Below are positions 11,298-24,405 of a stretch of 64,000 nt of DNA, piece after piece; within the stretch, counting starts at the first letter, position 1; each line of letters starts with the position of its first letter. The DNA comes from Octopus sinensis (Eukaryota): assembly GCF_006345805.1 (NCBI RefSeq), contig NW_021836157.1, positions 4,795-68,794 on the forward strand. Direction: 5' to 3'. The notes beneath the pieces were generated by a model that saw only the letters and a list, made by a program, of their open reading frames with translations, ran no database searches and was not told the DNA's origin. A program made the translations under genes and the position numbers.

Positions 11298-13559
11298 TTA
11301 AGATAATTAATCTCTCAAACAAAGAACTTACACCTAACGAAATAAGCATACTCTCCAAAGGACTTAAATTTACACCCACCCCACAACGTTCTAATTACTA
11401 TGAAATGAAAGATGATATTTCGGAATTTTGCAGAAAACTAAGACTCACCGAGGCATTTCAAAACAAACAAATAGAGGAGGACTCAATAGCTAGAAACAAG
11501 AGCAATTACACCCCCACCAAAGGTAAGAATAAAGCCTTAGACCGCTATTGTGACTACATAACTAATTTCCCGTTTCAATTCATCAAGAACAAAAACACAG
11601 CCCTAACTTCAACAAAAGAGAATGGAACGACCTCATCAAACTAAGAGAAGACAAAATAATAACAATTAAGGAGGCAGATAAGGGCAACGCGATAGTAATA
11701 ATGAATACAAACGATTATAAAAATTTAGTGCTATCCCTATTAAGAGATGAAACTATTATGAAAGGGCCCAACAGTATAACCAGCAAAAAATAATGCATAA
11801 CCTTAGGACATTAATCAACACATACCAAGAAGGACTCACGAACAAGGAGTATGAATACATCACTAACTTCAAATGCAAATCGAGTTTGTTCTATGGTATC
11901 CCTAAGGTACACAAAAGCCAAACCATTAGAGAAACGTGCAAAACATCCACCGACACACTCATCAAAATCCCTTCACCAAATGATCTTAAACTAAGACCGA
12001 TAATAGCAGGGCCAGCATGTGAAACTCACCGCCTCAGCAATTTCTTAGACACACTTCTTAAACCTTTCCTAAAACACATCAAAAGCTACGTAAGAGACGA
12101 TATAGATATGCTCAACCACCTCCCTAAAACAGTCAATGAGAAAACCCTTCTAGTATCATTCGACGTAGTTAATCTTTATTCTAACATCCCTCACAACCTA
12201 GGAATAGAAGCGATCACCTTCTGGCTGAATAACTACCCCTTTGAACTCCCAACTCGCATAAACAAAGACCTTATAATAGAAGGACTTAGATTCATTTTAG
12301 AGAACAATTATTTTATTTTTGACAATGATTTCTACAGGCAAAGATCGGGAACAGCGATGGGCACGCGTACTGCACCATCTTTTGCCAACCTAGTGATGGG
12401 ATACCTCGAGAAAATACTATAACCGGATGACACTCGAGAAATATGGAAACACCTTCGCCACCTATATCCATAACAACTGGAAAAGATACCTCGATGACTG
12501 TTTCATCATCTGGGACAAAGGCATAGAGAAACTTGAGGAATTTAAAATACTATTAAATGGAATAAATGACAATATACAATTCACGATGGACCACAACGAA
12601 AAAGAATTACCATTTTTAGACATCCTCATTAAGAAAACCGGCAACAAAATAGAGACAGATATCTACTATAAACCGACAGACTCTAAACAGTACCTACCCT
12701 TTGATTCATGCCACCCACGACACACTAGAATGAATGTCCCTTTTTGTTTAGCTAGAAGGATTTGCACCATAATATCAGACACAACACCCGACACACACGT
12801 CTCCAGGAACTTAGAACCACACTCACAAATAGAAACTATCCACAGCCCCTAATAGACAGTGCAATCCAACGGGTACTTAAATTAAGTATAGAAGACCTCA
12901 GACAAACAAAACCAAAAAAGAAAGAACAATTAAAAACCCTTCCCTACATCTCTACACACAACCCACTCAACAATGAGGCCTTCAACACCATACTACAAAG
13001 CACAGCCCTACTAAAGGGAGACCCAAAGATGAACTGGATCCTCGAAACACACACCATCATTAAAAGTAAACGGCAACCAAAATCCTTGAAAAGGATTTTA
13101 ACCCAAGCTACACTGCACTCAACATCAACCACAAAACCAGCAGTTAGAAAATGTGGAAGGCCCAACTGCGGAATCTGTGTCATCTTGAAAGAAGGATCAG
13201 AATTTATACTGGAACAAGGCCACCAGTTCACCATTAGAACAAACTTCACCTGCACATCAGAAAACTTAATTTACGTCACAACATGCGCAGGCTGCAATAG
13301 GCAGTATATAGGCCATACAAAAAATAGCTTACGTAACAGGATGGCGGTGCATAAATCACAAATTAGAAACCCTGATTACCGCAAAATACCGGTCAGCGGA
13401 CACATAGATAGATGTGCTGGAAATGTAAATCCGAAATTTACAACTAACCCGCTCTATAAATTCAGTGACAACGCAACCTTCACACAACGCCAAAATAAAG
13501 AACTATATTTCATAAAAAAATTTAGACCAAGTTTAAACACCCTGGGCCAGGAATACTAA
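11264..13559 (+). CDS. PLE reverse transcriptase + GIY-YIG endonuclease (four apparent frameshifts)
   Basis: Motifs KGLKFTPTP, EADKGNAIVIM, FYGIPKVHK, LRPIIAG, SFDVVNLYSNIP, GTAMGTRTAPSFANL, RYLDDCF, LPFLDILI, YYKPTD, KCGRPNCGIC, NLIY..CAGCNRQYIGHT. Shifts near 11590, 11770, 12421, 12785. Confidence 0.9.
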
Positions 13560-13900
13560 AACAAAAGATAAGTCCTCCGAAAAGGAGAAGCAAAATTCCA
13601 CCATGGCCGCTACTTCAAACAGACACTCACTCTGACGGAAATATGCCTTAGTAAAAAAGGAAAAAAATTCTTTCATGCAAATCTGACCCTGATACATACG
13701 ATACAGCTAAGGGTCAGACCCGATTCTGATTGATCAACAAGTTGATGACGTCTAGCTCTGCTAGAATGGACAGGATACAAACAGGGGACAGTCATTAGTC
13801 AGAATATTGATGACGTCCTTTTCTGCTTGACTAGTCACCTAACAAGTACAGACAGGGGGCAGATCTAATGTAGCTATAAGTCGTGATTGGGCAGAATCTG

Positions 13901-14112
13901 GATGACGTCCCGTTCTGCTTGACTAACGAAGCGACTGGTCAAAACAGGAAACAAACAAGAGGCAGTTATAATGCAGCGATTGGTCAAAATAATGATGACG
14001 TCCCGTTCTACTTGACTAACGAAGCGACTGGTCAAAACAGGAAACAAACAAGAGGCAGTTATAATGCAGCGATTGGTCAAAATAATGATGACGTCCCGTT
14101 CTACTTGACTAA
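13901..14112 (+). repeat. 93-bp tandem repeat (~2.3 units) at the 3' UTR/pLTR boundary
   Basis: GATGACGTCCCG recurs at 13901, 13994, 14087. Confidence 0.9.
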
Positions 14113-14652
14113 AGCCACCTAACGAAACGATTGGTCAAAACGATGATGACGTCACGCTACGCTGGATTGACCACCTAACAGGCATTATAAAACCGAGCAC
14201 TTCACAAAAACTCACTAGAACCACCCAGCGAACTTCCACCATGGGTCATCACAATTGCTTAAGGTAAAAATGAATTCCTCGCTCTTTCGGAAACATCAAT
14301 CTTCTGTATTGACCGCTTTCCACCACTTTGATCTGTTTTTTGTATTGAATACGTATCGCCACCGTGGGCCACTACATCGAACACTTTGAACATATACTTC
14401 AAACTATATATCAACTATACATGAACTATATATCAACTATACATGAACTATATATCAACTATACATGAACTCTAAGATGTCTGACTCCGTTGTGTATTAT
14501 AAATGAATTTCTTGTGTTTGACGGCATGAGCTGTCTTTTTTTATATATAACTTTTTTTGATAAGGTTCATTTCAGGAACTGAAACATGTTATAATGTATA
14601 TATAAAAATTAAAAATTGTATAATACAGCAGCATTTTCGAACTTCATTTTTT

Positions 14653-14663
<11 letters not shown>
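14050..14663 (+). repeat. 3' pLTR (614 bp), includes second hammerhead-like copy (core 14557-14563, GAAAC 14581)
   Basis: Direct repeat of 9246-9836. Confidence 0.92.
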
Positions 14664-14698
<35 letters not shown>

Positions 14699-14715
14699 AT
14701 ATATATATGTATGTA

Positions 14716-14827
<112 letters not shown>

Positions 14828-15146
14828 TGAGGTGCAAAATAAAGTGTTTTTACTGCATTTTTGACTTTGAGACAAGATATACATTTTTTAAATGTTCACT
14901 TACAAAAACTATATCAGCTAAGCAAATGGCCTTCCCAAATGCCTTTAAAACCAAAACATAATCTGATTACTATTTCCGAAAATTACTGCCATTCTCTTTG
15001 AGCATATAAAAGACAAATTTGGCTAGGGCAAAATAAATAACCCAAGATAAAGTAAATTTGCCACTTCTGTTCTCCAGAAAACAGACACATATACATGAAT
15101 ATCTATCCTTAGACATCAGAAAGATCAGAAATGCAACAAACATTTT

Positions 15147-15863
15147 GGATCTTTTCTGCTGGCTGCACCTATGAAAATTTCAAAGTTTATTGAAAATTTT
15201 AAAATTTGGTGTATTGATGTAATTTTCCATGCTGAATTTTTTTTGAAAAAGTTACTTTTAAAGTGTGATCATTTTTACTCAGAAAAAGTTAGTTTTAAAG
15301 TCCAAATTTTTACACAATTCCGAAGCTGTCATTTTGTGCGCGACTGCACATATCGTCAACTGTAAACAAATGAAATACTGGCAGAATTCTGCTTTATGCA
15401 TGCCATATAACCCCCTCGTAACTTTTTAATTTTTTGGAATTGTCAGAAAATTTTTTCAAATTTGTATTTTACACACAGGAACTCATACAATTATGCCAAA
15501 ACAAAAGTAAAAAATTTTGGTGCATGATTTGGGGCTTATTTAGATGCTATTCTTAGCCCATCTCACAACCACCTCAATGAGTAGAACATATTTGTCAATG
15601 TGCTTTCTCACAGACAAAAGAGTTCTCATGCTTGACTTGTTACTATGGAAACAGGCATGAATGTGTATATGGCTTACAATTGGCTAAAATGACCTAAAAT
15701 TTGCAAACTTTAAAATCTATTAACTTTTCATTTATTGATTTATGGCGAAAATGAATTTATGTCAATGATTAGCATACAAAACTACATCATTACACCAAAT
15801 ATAAAATCAATTGGAACAGAAATTGAAGAAACTGAAAAGTGACAGCCAAATAGTAAAAGATCC
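15147..15863. mobile_element. Old MITE with GGATCTTTT...AAAAGATCC termini and long imperfect TIRs
   Basis: Terminal complementarity; inverted related copy at ~27880-28545; degenerate 8-bp flanks AACATTTT/AAAAATTC. Confidence 0.6.
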
Positions 15864-15974
15864 AAAAATTCTATTTCCACACACACATATATATAACAGT
15901 CTAAGAATCAATAAGACTGAAAAAATATGCACACGTATATTTGTCAATATAGTGGGTATATTAATCAAAGTATA

Positions 15975-16134
15975 CAGTGTTATATATCCTTTACAGCCAA
16001 TCTTACCAATCAGTTTCCCACTAGGATTTCAATGGAGTGTTGGGATTACATAATAGGGTTGTTACTTAACACTTCGCTGAACTTCTAGTGTGAAACCAAT
16101 TGGTAAGATCAGCTGCAAAGGATATATAATACTG
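15975..16134. mobile_element. 160-bp Tc1/mariner-type MITE
   Basis: TA-CAGT...ACTG-TA ends; ~50-bp TIRs with a few transitions. Confidence 0.8.
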
Positions 16135-16316
16135 TACCCTTTCATTTATATATATATTATACAGCTGAAATTGCAAAGATAATCTGGAACTCAACTGAGG
16201 AAAGAAAACTCTGAATGACCTGCCCTTGTTTCTTTGTATCATCTGTCTGGATGTTTTGTCCCTTTTTTGTATCACCTAATTGTCTGGATGTTTTGCGTTC
16301 TTGTCCCATTTTTGTA

Positions 16317-16366
<50 letters not shown>

Positions 16367-18103
16367 TGAGAATGTAAGGAGCTAAAATAATATTGGTTAC
16401 ATAACTTGTAACATACATAAAACCTGCTTAGCTAATCTTCAGGCCCTATTATCTTTAAGTTGTTTATATTGTCACTCAGAGATGAACAAATAAATTATCA
16501 AATTAGCTACAGCACAAATGGCAAGTTGAAAACAGCAAAATCAAAATTAAATGACCAATGAAAGTAATAGTTAGTGGGTACATCACGTGTTAAGTTGAGT
16601 AAAAGATCTATACAGGTAACATAGATAAATTATTGGAACACTTTAACGAAGGAGTAATAAGCCACACTGTCCAAGGCCTTACTGTCAGATGTAGTTTATC
16701 ATCATACCCAAGAGATTGGATGTTCACCCTGACCCAGGGTGATAGCACCCATTAGGATCCCAGCTATGGGCAAATAGTGAACTGGCAGATGAAGGTCACT
16801 CACTGACATTTCAATGCCACTAATAGACTAGGTTAGGAAAAGGGAAACGCTGACTTAAAATCCCCCTGCAATTCAGTTTGGATGAGAAAAGCAAGGGCCC
16901 CATATAGTATGACCTATGACATCAGAGGTGGAATCCAAAGGTCTGAATTCTTGGCAGATCAACACAACTCCTTTCTGAGTCAATATGTCACAAAACAAGG
17001 ACACAAGGACCTGGAGTCATAATGTGTGGATTTCAGCCCGGCAAGTTGTCATCCACCTTAAACAAATTCATACCAATGGTTCGTTTCATCCCCTCCATGT
17101 TTTCTACTTCTTTCTTACTCCCAAAATTTTACACAAGTCTAAAGGCAAGGAGATAAGGATGTCAGAAGCAAGGAGATAAGGATGTCTTAATCTGAACCTG
17201 CACATTGGTGGTAGTCATGTGATGGTTGCTTTCTTGTGACCTGTGACTACACAGGAATTTGGTCCTGCATCTGTGATTAGGCAGTCCTTTTTAGGCTGAC
17301 TTTAATGCTAGAGTAGGAAGGACTGCTGATTATAACCAAATATATTTGGAAGAGAAGGAATTGGAAACTGCAATGAAAATAGTCGGCTCCTTGTTGGCCT
17401 CTGCTGAACATGAGCTGTTCATCACAAATACCCAGTTCCAATTCCCAGCTCGACATAAAACAACCTGGAAATACCTCTGATTAAAAAAGTGGTGCACCCT
17501 CGATTAGAGCAATGCATGATGGCATGAAGGCACATGATATCCACCAAGCTGACACCTCAGAAGAATTCTTCATCATGTGTGATGTGAAACAGAGCTGTGT
17601 CCTCACACCCACACTCTTCTCACGTTACCTTGTTACTGTGCTTCATGAAATTTACCATAACAAGCCAGGCATGGAAATCAAGTACTAATTTGATGGATGA
17701 CTTTTTAATCAATCAAGACTCTGCTTTCGGTGTCACACTAGCACCATCAAAGTAAATTAAATGCAGTATGCAGATGACAGTACTGCCCCTGCCAACTCAC
17801 TTGAAGCTTTACAACAATCTGTCAACAATTTCTGCATGGCATATTTCCAATTTGGCTAGACAGTTAACAAAGGCAAAATCAAAATCACTGTATAACCATC
17901 TCCTGAATGTGACCCATTAATGGAACCTCCCTTGAATGTATTGAATATTTCCCTTATCTTGAACATTTCCTGTTTGTCCAATGCATACCATCAAAGGATG
18001 TAGAAAACAGAGTCCGAGCAGCACACTCAGCCTTTGCAATCCTATGCAAACCAAAATCATGGTGTACAATGCCATAGTTGTGTCTACCCTGCTGTATGGG
18101 TAT

Positions 18104-20115
18104 TTAGCAACAAAGATTGCTATATGAATATAAGGTTCTGAGGTCACCAATGTAGTGATGTCACCAGTCTAGGGAGTTGGTCAGTGTGTCTGTGTGTTTG
18201 TTCAATAGCTTTTAGGTGGCTGTACAGTGATATACCACAACAATTTGACTTTTAAGATTATAAAGTTTATTGTAAAATGCCTTGTATAAGATTTCTGTAA
18301 AAAAGTAAGTGGTGTTTTATAGAGATGTCTATAGTGTGAATGAATGCATGAAGACATTAGTTGTACTTTGTGTATATAGAAAGGTTGACTTGATAAAATA
18401 TTTCTAGTAAGCATGGAGAGTTGACGGCATTGAGTTTGGTCGATTCTGCTAGCGCACATGGAAGAAGGCTTGTTCTTGTGTGTGAGATGTCAGCACAAAC
18501 GTGATAGAACCAAACTACAAGCCGGGAGTCCTTCAGAGAAACGAAGTGAAAGGAACTCAATTAAACATGGCCACCACCACATTATATAAGTGACAATTGG
18601 ACATAGTGGAGAGCACCTGTTAGAGGGAGCCTGTTTATTCGACCAATCACAGACTGAATAGAGCTGTAAACTTACAGTGTCATCTGAGCCTACCTGAAAT
18701 TAAAAATGTATGTTTTAAACTAAACTAGTACAAATATGCTACAGAACCACCCCCAGAGAATAAACCAGGAGATGAATAATACAAATGAAAGTAATGTAGC
18801 ATGGAAGGAAGGATAAATAAATAAGCATGAGAGCACCAAGCTTCAAGTGAGTAATGCACAAGAGTGCAAAAGAACTTTCATAATGCTGCCAGACCTCTGA
18901 ATAAGTCTTAAGAAAGTCTAAAGCTCCAAGAGAGATGAACAAATTCACGTAGCTAGCAAAACTTGATGTGCAAGCGTGATGACATATGTCCAGCAAACTG
19001 GAAATCATGGGATGCAAAAATACACGCGAGAAAAATATTGGCTGCTGTGAGAATGAGCAGTGTCAAGAATTTGCCTGCAAAAGCAGTGAGTCGCTTGCAG
19101 TTGGAAAGATACAAGCCTGCAAAAAGTGGTGTTTGCTTGCAGTGGCTGAAAAAGCTGTAGGTGTTAGAAAAACGACAGTGACTAATAGAAGCCAGGCAAA
19201 ATCTCACAGAAGTGACAATGCAAGAAACTAGCAAAGTGAATCAAGCCATGAAGATGACGACAAAAGAGAGAAGTTCCAACAAGTAAAAAATTTGGTGTTG
19301 ACCAAGCTACTACCACCGATGTTATCACTTCAACCAGACTGTGAACACTCCATTGCGCTATAGCTACACATTAGCTATGAAGATAGTGAACTCACCATAC
19401 AAGTAACCAACTCACTAGACTGGTGATACCCATCACTAAAGTAGTGACCACTTTAGTAATAAAGATTGCAATATGAATAATAAGTTCTGAGGTCACCAAT
19501 GTAGTCATGTTGTCACCAGTCTAGGGAGTTGGTCACTGTGTTTGTGTGTTCATTCAATAGCTGTTAGATGGCTGTACAGTGATATACCACAACAATTTGA
19601 CTTTTAAGATTATAAAGTTTATTGTAGCAGTGGGTTACATACAATGTAAAATGCCTTGTATAATATTTCTGTAAAGAAGTAAGTGGTGTTTTATAGAGAT
19701 ATCTATAGAGCGAATGAATGCATGAATACATTAGTTGTACTTTGTGTATATAGAAAGAGACTTGATAAAATATTTCTAGTAAGCATGGAGAGTTGGCGGC
19801 ATTGAGTTTGGTCGATACTGCTTGCGCACATGGAAGAAGGCTTGTTCTTGTATGTGAGATGTCAGCACAAACGTGATAGAACTAAACTACAAGCCAGGAG
19901 TCCTTCAGAGAAACAAAGTGAAAGGAACTCAATTAAACATGGCCACCACCACATTATATAAGTGACAATTGGATGTAGTAGAGAGCATCTGTTAGAGGGA
20001 GCCTGTTTATTCGGCCAATCACAGACTGAATAGAGCTGTAAACTTATAGTGTTTTCTGAGCCTACCAGAAATTAAAAATGTATATTTTAAACTAAGCTAG
20101 TACAGACATGCTACA
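18104..20115 (-). mobile_element. Non-autonomous LTR retrotransposon (TRIM/LARD-like): LTRs 19453-20115 and 18104-18743, ~710-bp non-coding interior
   Basis: ~640-660 bp direct repeats (~90% similar by eye), minus-strand start TGTAGCA, TSD GTAT(T), PPT GGGGGTGG before the 3' LTR, TGGTCACT after the 5' LTR. Confidence 0.85.
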
Positions 20116-20434
20116 GTATTAGGCATAGACCCTGTACCGACATGACCTGAAAAAGCTTGAATATTTTCATCAAAAGAAACTTCAGTTGATCTTGGACATC
20201 AAAAGGGAATACTATGTTACCAACATTGACATACTAAAGAGAGCATAACAAATTAGCATGGAAGCTACAATCATCAAGTACCACCTCAAATAGGTAGGCC
20301 ACATGGCTTGCATAGGAGATAACAGAGTCCTAAAGATATGCCTATTTGGGGAACTGAACAATAGGACATGTCCTCATGAATGCCCCTTGCAATGCTACAA
20401 AGACCTATTGAAGGAAATGCTGAAGAGTGCTGGT

Positions 20435-23400
20435 TGTGGTGGAAGGAAGACTTGAAGTGGCGAGAGATGACGTCACACTGGCAAGTGAGAAGAAAAGTTT
20501 CCCTCTTTTTTCATGCTGTCAGCAATAGAGGTGAGACATGGCAAAGAGAGGTCATGACAACAAATGTTAACAATTTAACAATCTGCTAGCAGTACCCAAT
20601 TGCAAGTTGAAGTAAGAACAACTTTATTTTTATGCCTTCAAACCACAAGCTATTTTGGCATATTGTTTTTAGCTGTGTGGATATGTCCGAGAAGTGAATT
20701 TTAAAATATTTTTCTGTTGCTCTTGTTCTTCCTCATTTATTTATCTTTTTCTTTTTTGCAATAGCCACAAAAATTAGAATCAGTAGTGATGTATTGAGAC
20801 CATTCACTGGGGAAGGCAATGTGGTGGCCTGCATAAAGAAGGTGAGACTCGTGGCAAAGTTGCAGGGAATAGAAGACATGGCTAGCTTTATGTCACTGAA
20901 GGCAGTGTGCTGAATCATTACCTGGAGATGGATGAGGCAGACGAAGAAAAAGCAGAAAAAATTGAAGAGCGGCTGAAGGACACATGCACAGAGGGAGCTT
21001 TTAAAGCATACAGCAAGCTCAGGAGAATGAGATGGACCAGCGAGCAAATAGACAATTACATGAGTGGTTGGTGGGCCTAGCAGCATTTACTACAACAGCA
21101 ATGGAGCGGATGGTGAAACTGGCTTTTGTGACTGGCTTCCCTGACCATCTCTCTGTACATCTGCAGCAGGTGCCAGACATTGAAATGATGTCAGTAGGAG
21201 AGATGATCTCTCATGGGTGTTGTCACAAAGCGACATTCACGATGTAACAATAACAGTCATGGTGGATACAAGCAGGACAAAGGGGCAGGCAGCAAACAAC
21301 AGCAACAGTCTGGTGAGGCAAACAGCCAAGGGCCCATGTTTCAGATATTGAGTTCCACACATTGTCAGGGAATGCCTGGAACCAAAACCAATGGTGGTGT
21401 GTTTCTCATGCAGCCACCCTGGGCACATAACAAATAACTGCAAACGGGGAAATGGACAAAGGGGGACTACTGTGTTGCTAGTTCCCTCCACAACCAATTG
21501 AAGGCACCCCACCAAACATTGCCTGAAGTGAAGCTTATGGTGGGGACAAGAGAAGTATGAGCCCTCATGGATATGGGTTGCACATCAACCCTGGTGACCA
21601 CATGAATGGTTGAGAGCTGGAGAGGAAACACCGGGCTCAGGACGGTATATGGTAGGGAGGTCAAATTTAGGGGCGTCAGGGACATGGAAATGGAGATACA
21701 TGGGGTCCATGTTGGGGCTGCAGGTGATTGTAGTTGATGAGGTAGTGAACAGCATTGACGTAGTGGTCAGAATGGACGTGATTACATGATTGGGCGGTGT
21801 GACAGTTGATGGGGCAGGAGTAGAGTTTGGTGACTGGTGTGCTGCGTACTGTGAGTGTGGAGTGGAGGAAGAAGACTGTAGGAGTGACGGATTACTGGTA
21901 CAGAAATGGTCTTTCATAGTCACAGTTGAAGATGAGGTCTTCCATGCTGAGTTCAATGGCAAAAGACAGACAGTGGAGAACTTCTTGAAAGGAGAACCTC
22001 CCGTACTGAGAAACAGGGTGAGCTGTTATGAGCATACCCTGAAAGGAAAAGCCTGGTTTGAGTTTCAGACAGAAGTGAGCAGGTGGATAGAGGAGGGCAT
22101 TCTGATGCCATGGAGTGAGGAGACAACAGGCAGTGTGCTGCCATTGATGACTGTGGTTCAGCCAACAAAGAATAAGGTTCGACCAGTGCTAGACTTCAGG
22201 GAACTGAACAAATATGTGTCCTGTCATATGGGTGGTGAGGCAGCAGATGTAGGTAGAGAAACCCTTTGTGAGTGCAGGCGAATGAGGAGGGATGCAACTA
22301 TGATCTTTGACTTCAAGATGGCCAATCTGCAGCTCTATGTATCACAGAGGTTGTGGAAGTACCAACTAGTGAGGTACAGGGACAGAACATACTACCTGAC
22401 TCGACTGGGCTTTGGCTTCAGTTCAGCACCAAAGATCATGGTGAAGGTCCTCAAGGCAGTTTTGGGCAAAGAAGCCAAAGTGGAGCAGGCTACCATCTCA
22501 TATATTGATGATATCCTGGTAGATGGGAATGTGGCATCAGCAGAGGAAATCATAGACCATCTTAGGAGGTTTAGGTTGACAACAAAACCAATACAGGCTA
22601 TAGAAGAAGGTACAGTGCTGGGGCTCAGGCTTGAAAGAGACAAAGTGGATAGGCTTGTGTTTCACAGAGGAAACAAGATCCCAGACCTAAATCAGAATAT
22701 GAATAGGCGAGGGCTGTTTTCAATGTATGGAAAGTTGGTGGGTCACTACCCTGTAGCAGGATGGCTCTGAACAGCATGTAGTGGGTAGTGGGAGAGAAGA
22801 TGATGGTGATGATGCAAGAGGTCTTGGAGAGAGTGAAAGTGGAAGATCCAGTGAAAGGAAGCTGGTACATGCCTGATACAAAGAAAGGGATTATGTGGTG
22901 TGACAAGCATCACAGCATTGGGAATTATGCTGAAAATAGGAGGTGTTGAGGTAGAAGACACAGCATAACTTCGGAAGAAGGATGACACAACCACATCAAA
23001 TTAGCTGAAATGGATTCTGTATTGAAGGACTTTGACCTAGCATTGAGATGGGGATTGCAAACTGTTGAGATCTGGACTAATTATGCCACAGTGCACGGGA
23101 AGGTGGCTGGAATTTGTGATCACTAATCAGAAGAGGATTTGCATGAAAGGGGCCACAGAAATGATGATTAAGCATCGCTTGGAAATTCTGAGGGAGCTAG
23201 CTGCCAAGTTCGACCTGGAGTTGCATGTGGTGTCTGTGCATTGGTTGGAAGCAGTAGAGGATATTCCAAGTGGGGAAGCAGCAGTTTGTTGGCTGGAGGG
23301 CACAGAACTAAGGAAGCTGCACAACATGCATCACATGGGGTTGACAGGACAATCAAACCCGGTGTCATCAGAGAGAGAGTGTTCAGAGGATAGTGGGGAA

Positions 23401-24405
23401 TTGCAACAGGTGCCAATCAATCAATCCTGTCCCAAACACACATGAACCAGGAAAGATTCAGGTAGAGGAAGACTGGAAGAGGCTAGCCTTTGATGATACA
23501 CACTATCAGAGAAAGGTGTACCTTTCAATAGTTGACTTTGAACTAGGGTGAATGGCTATATGGAGAGAAATTAGGGTGGAGACTGCTGCCAAAATCGCAA
23601 AAGTGTTAAATGCGGTGTTCCTGGAAAGGAGGCCTGTAGATGAGCTATTGATGGACAACAGTAGTTTTTCACTCAGAGCAGCTGAGAGAGATTCTCAAAA
23701 AGGTGAAGCACAAGATGCTTCTTCAGAGTTACACACAGACCAGGTGGAAATGGGATTGTGGAACAGCACCACCATATGATTAAAGCCATGGCTGAGAGGG
23801 GATAAATCTCCCCTATGGAGGCAATCTTCTGGTACAACATGTCACCTGGGGTAGAGTAAGCTGAAGAGTCAGTCCCACACAGGGCCATATTCCAGTACAA
23901 ATGGAGACTTTTGAGCATGGTGTCACAGCAGCTAGAAGTGGAAGGGATTACATCTGTGCAGGTTGGAGACAAAGTGTGGGTAAAGCCCCCGAATACTCAG
24001 TGCACAACACAGTGGGAAAAAGGAAAGTACTCCGAATAATGTATCAGTGAACGGAATGCTGTGTCATGTCCTGGATATTCAAAGGGTGATTAGCTCTTCC
24101 GATGATTAAGGGGAGAGGGAAGACAGCCCAGTGTTCTTACAGAGATCACAAACGGAGTGTAGCTCCTCCCCAGGTGGGTGGATGATTACAAATCAGAACA
24201 AGAGAGCAGTGATCTTTAGATCAAGGGGACGTGTGGTGAAAGGAAGACTGGAAGTGGGGAGAGATAACATCACGTCGGCAAATGAGAAGAAAAGTTTCCC
24301 TCTTTTTTCATGCTGTCAGTGATAGAAGCAAGGCATGGTGAAGAGAGGTCATGATAACACATGTTAACAATTGAACAACCTGACTTTATTTTCCTGCCTT
24401 CGACA
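20435..24405 (+). mobile_element. Compact Gypsy-like LTR retrotransposon, degenerate (copy A, 3971 bp)
   Basis: TG..CA LTRs 20435-20647 and 24232-24405, 5-bp TSD CTGGT, PPT AAGGGG; gag/PR/RT (RPVLDFRELN, SYIDDILV)/RH/IN remnants. Confidence 0.9.
21790..22770 (+). pseudogene. pol fragment (RT) of Gypsy-like copy A
   Basis: VRPVLDFRELNKYV, TRLGFGFSSAP, SYIDDILVD. Confidence 0.85.

Larger units (their letters stand above)
9246..14663 (+). mobile_element. Near full-length Penelope-like element, Neptune-type, with two direct pLTRs, inserted in (TA)n
   Basis: RT + C-terminal Zn-finger/GIY-YIG ORF flanked by near-identical direct repeats 9246-9836 and 14050-14663; (TA)n on both sides. Confidence 0.92.

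Noticed and set aside
12462-13255. Antisense ORFs over PLE, Gypsy and RTE coding regions (also 38744-39217, 22392-22643, 59297-59617)
   Set aside because: Shadow ORFs from codon bias of the sense strand.
11264-13559. Possibility of a Naiad-type selenoprotein PLE (UGA recoding)
   Set aside because: Endonuclease is C-terminal and the breaks are frameshifts, not in-frame UGA.
13901-14112. Regularly spaced repeats as a CRISPR-like array (also 51511-51685)
   Set aside because: Units are contiguous with no unique spacers; eukaryotic context, no cas genes.
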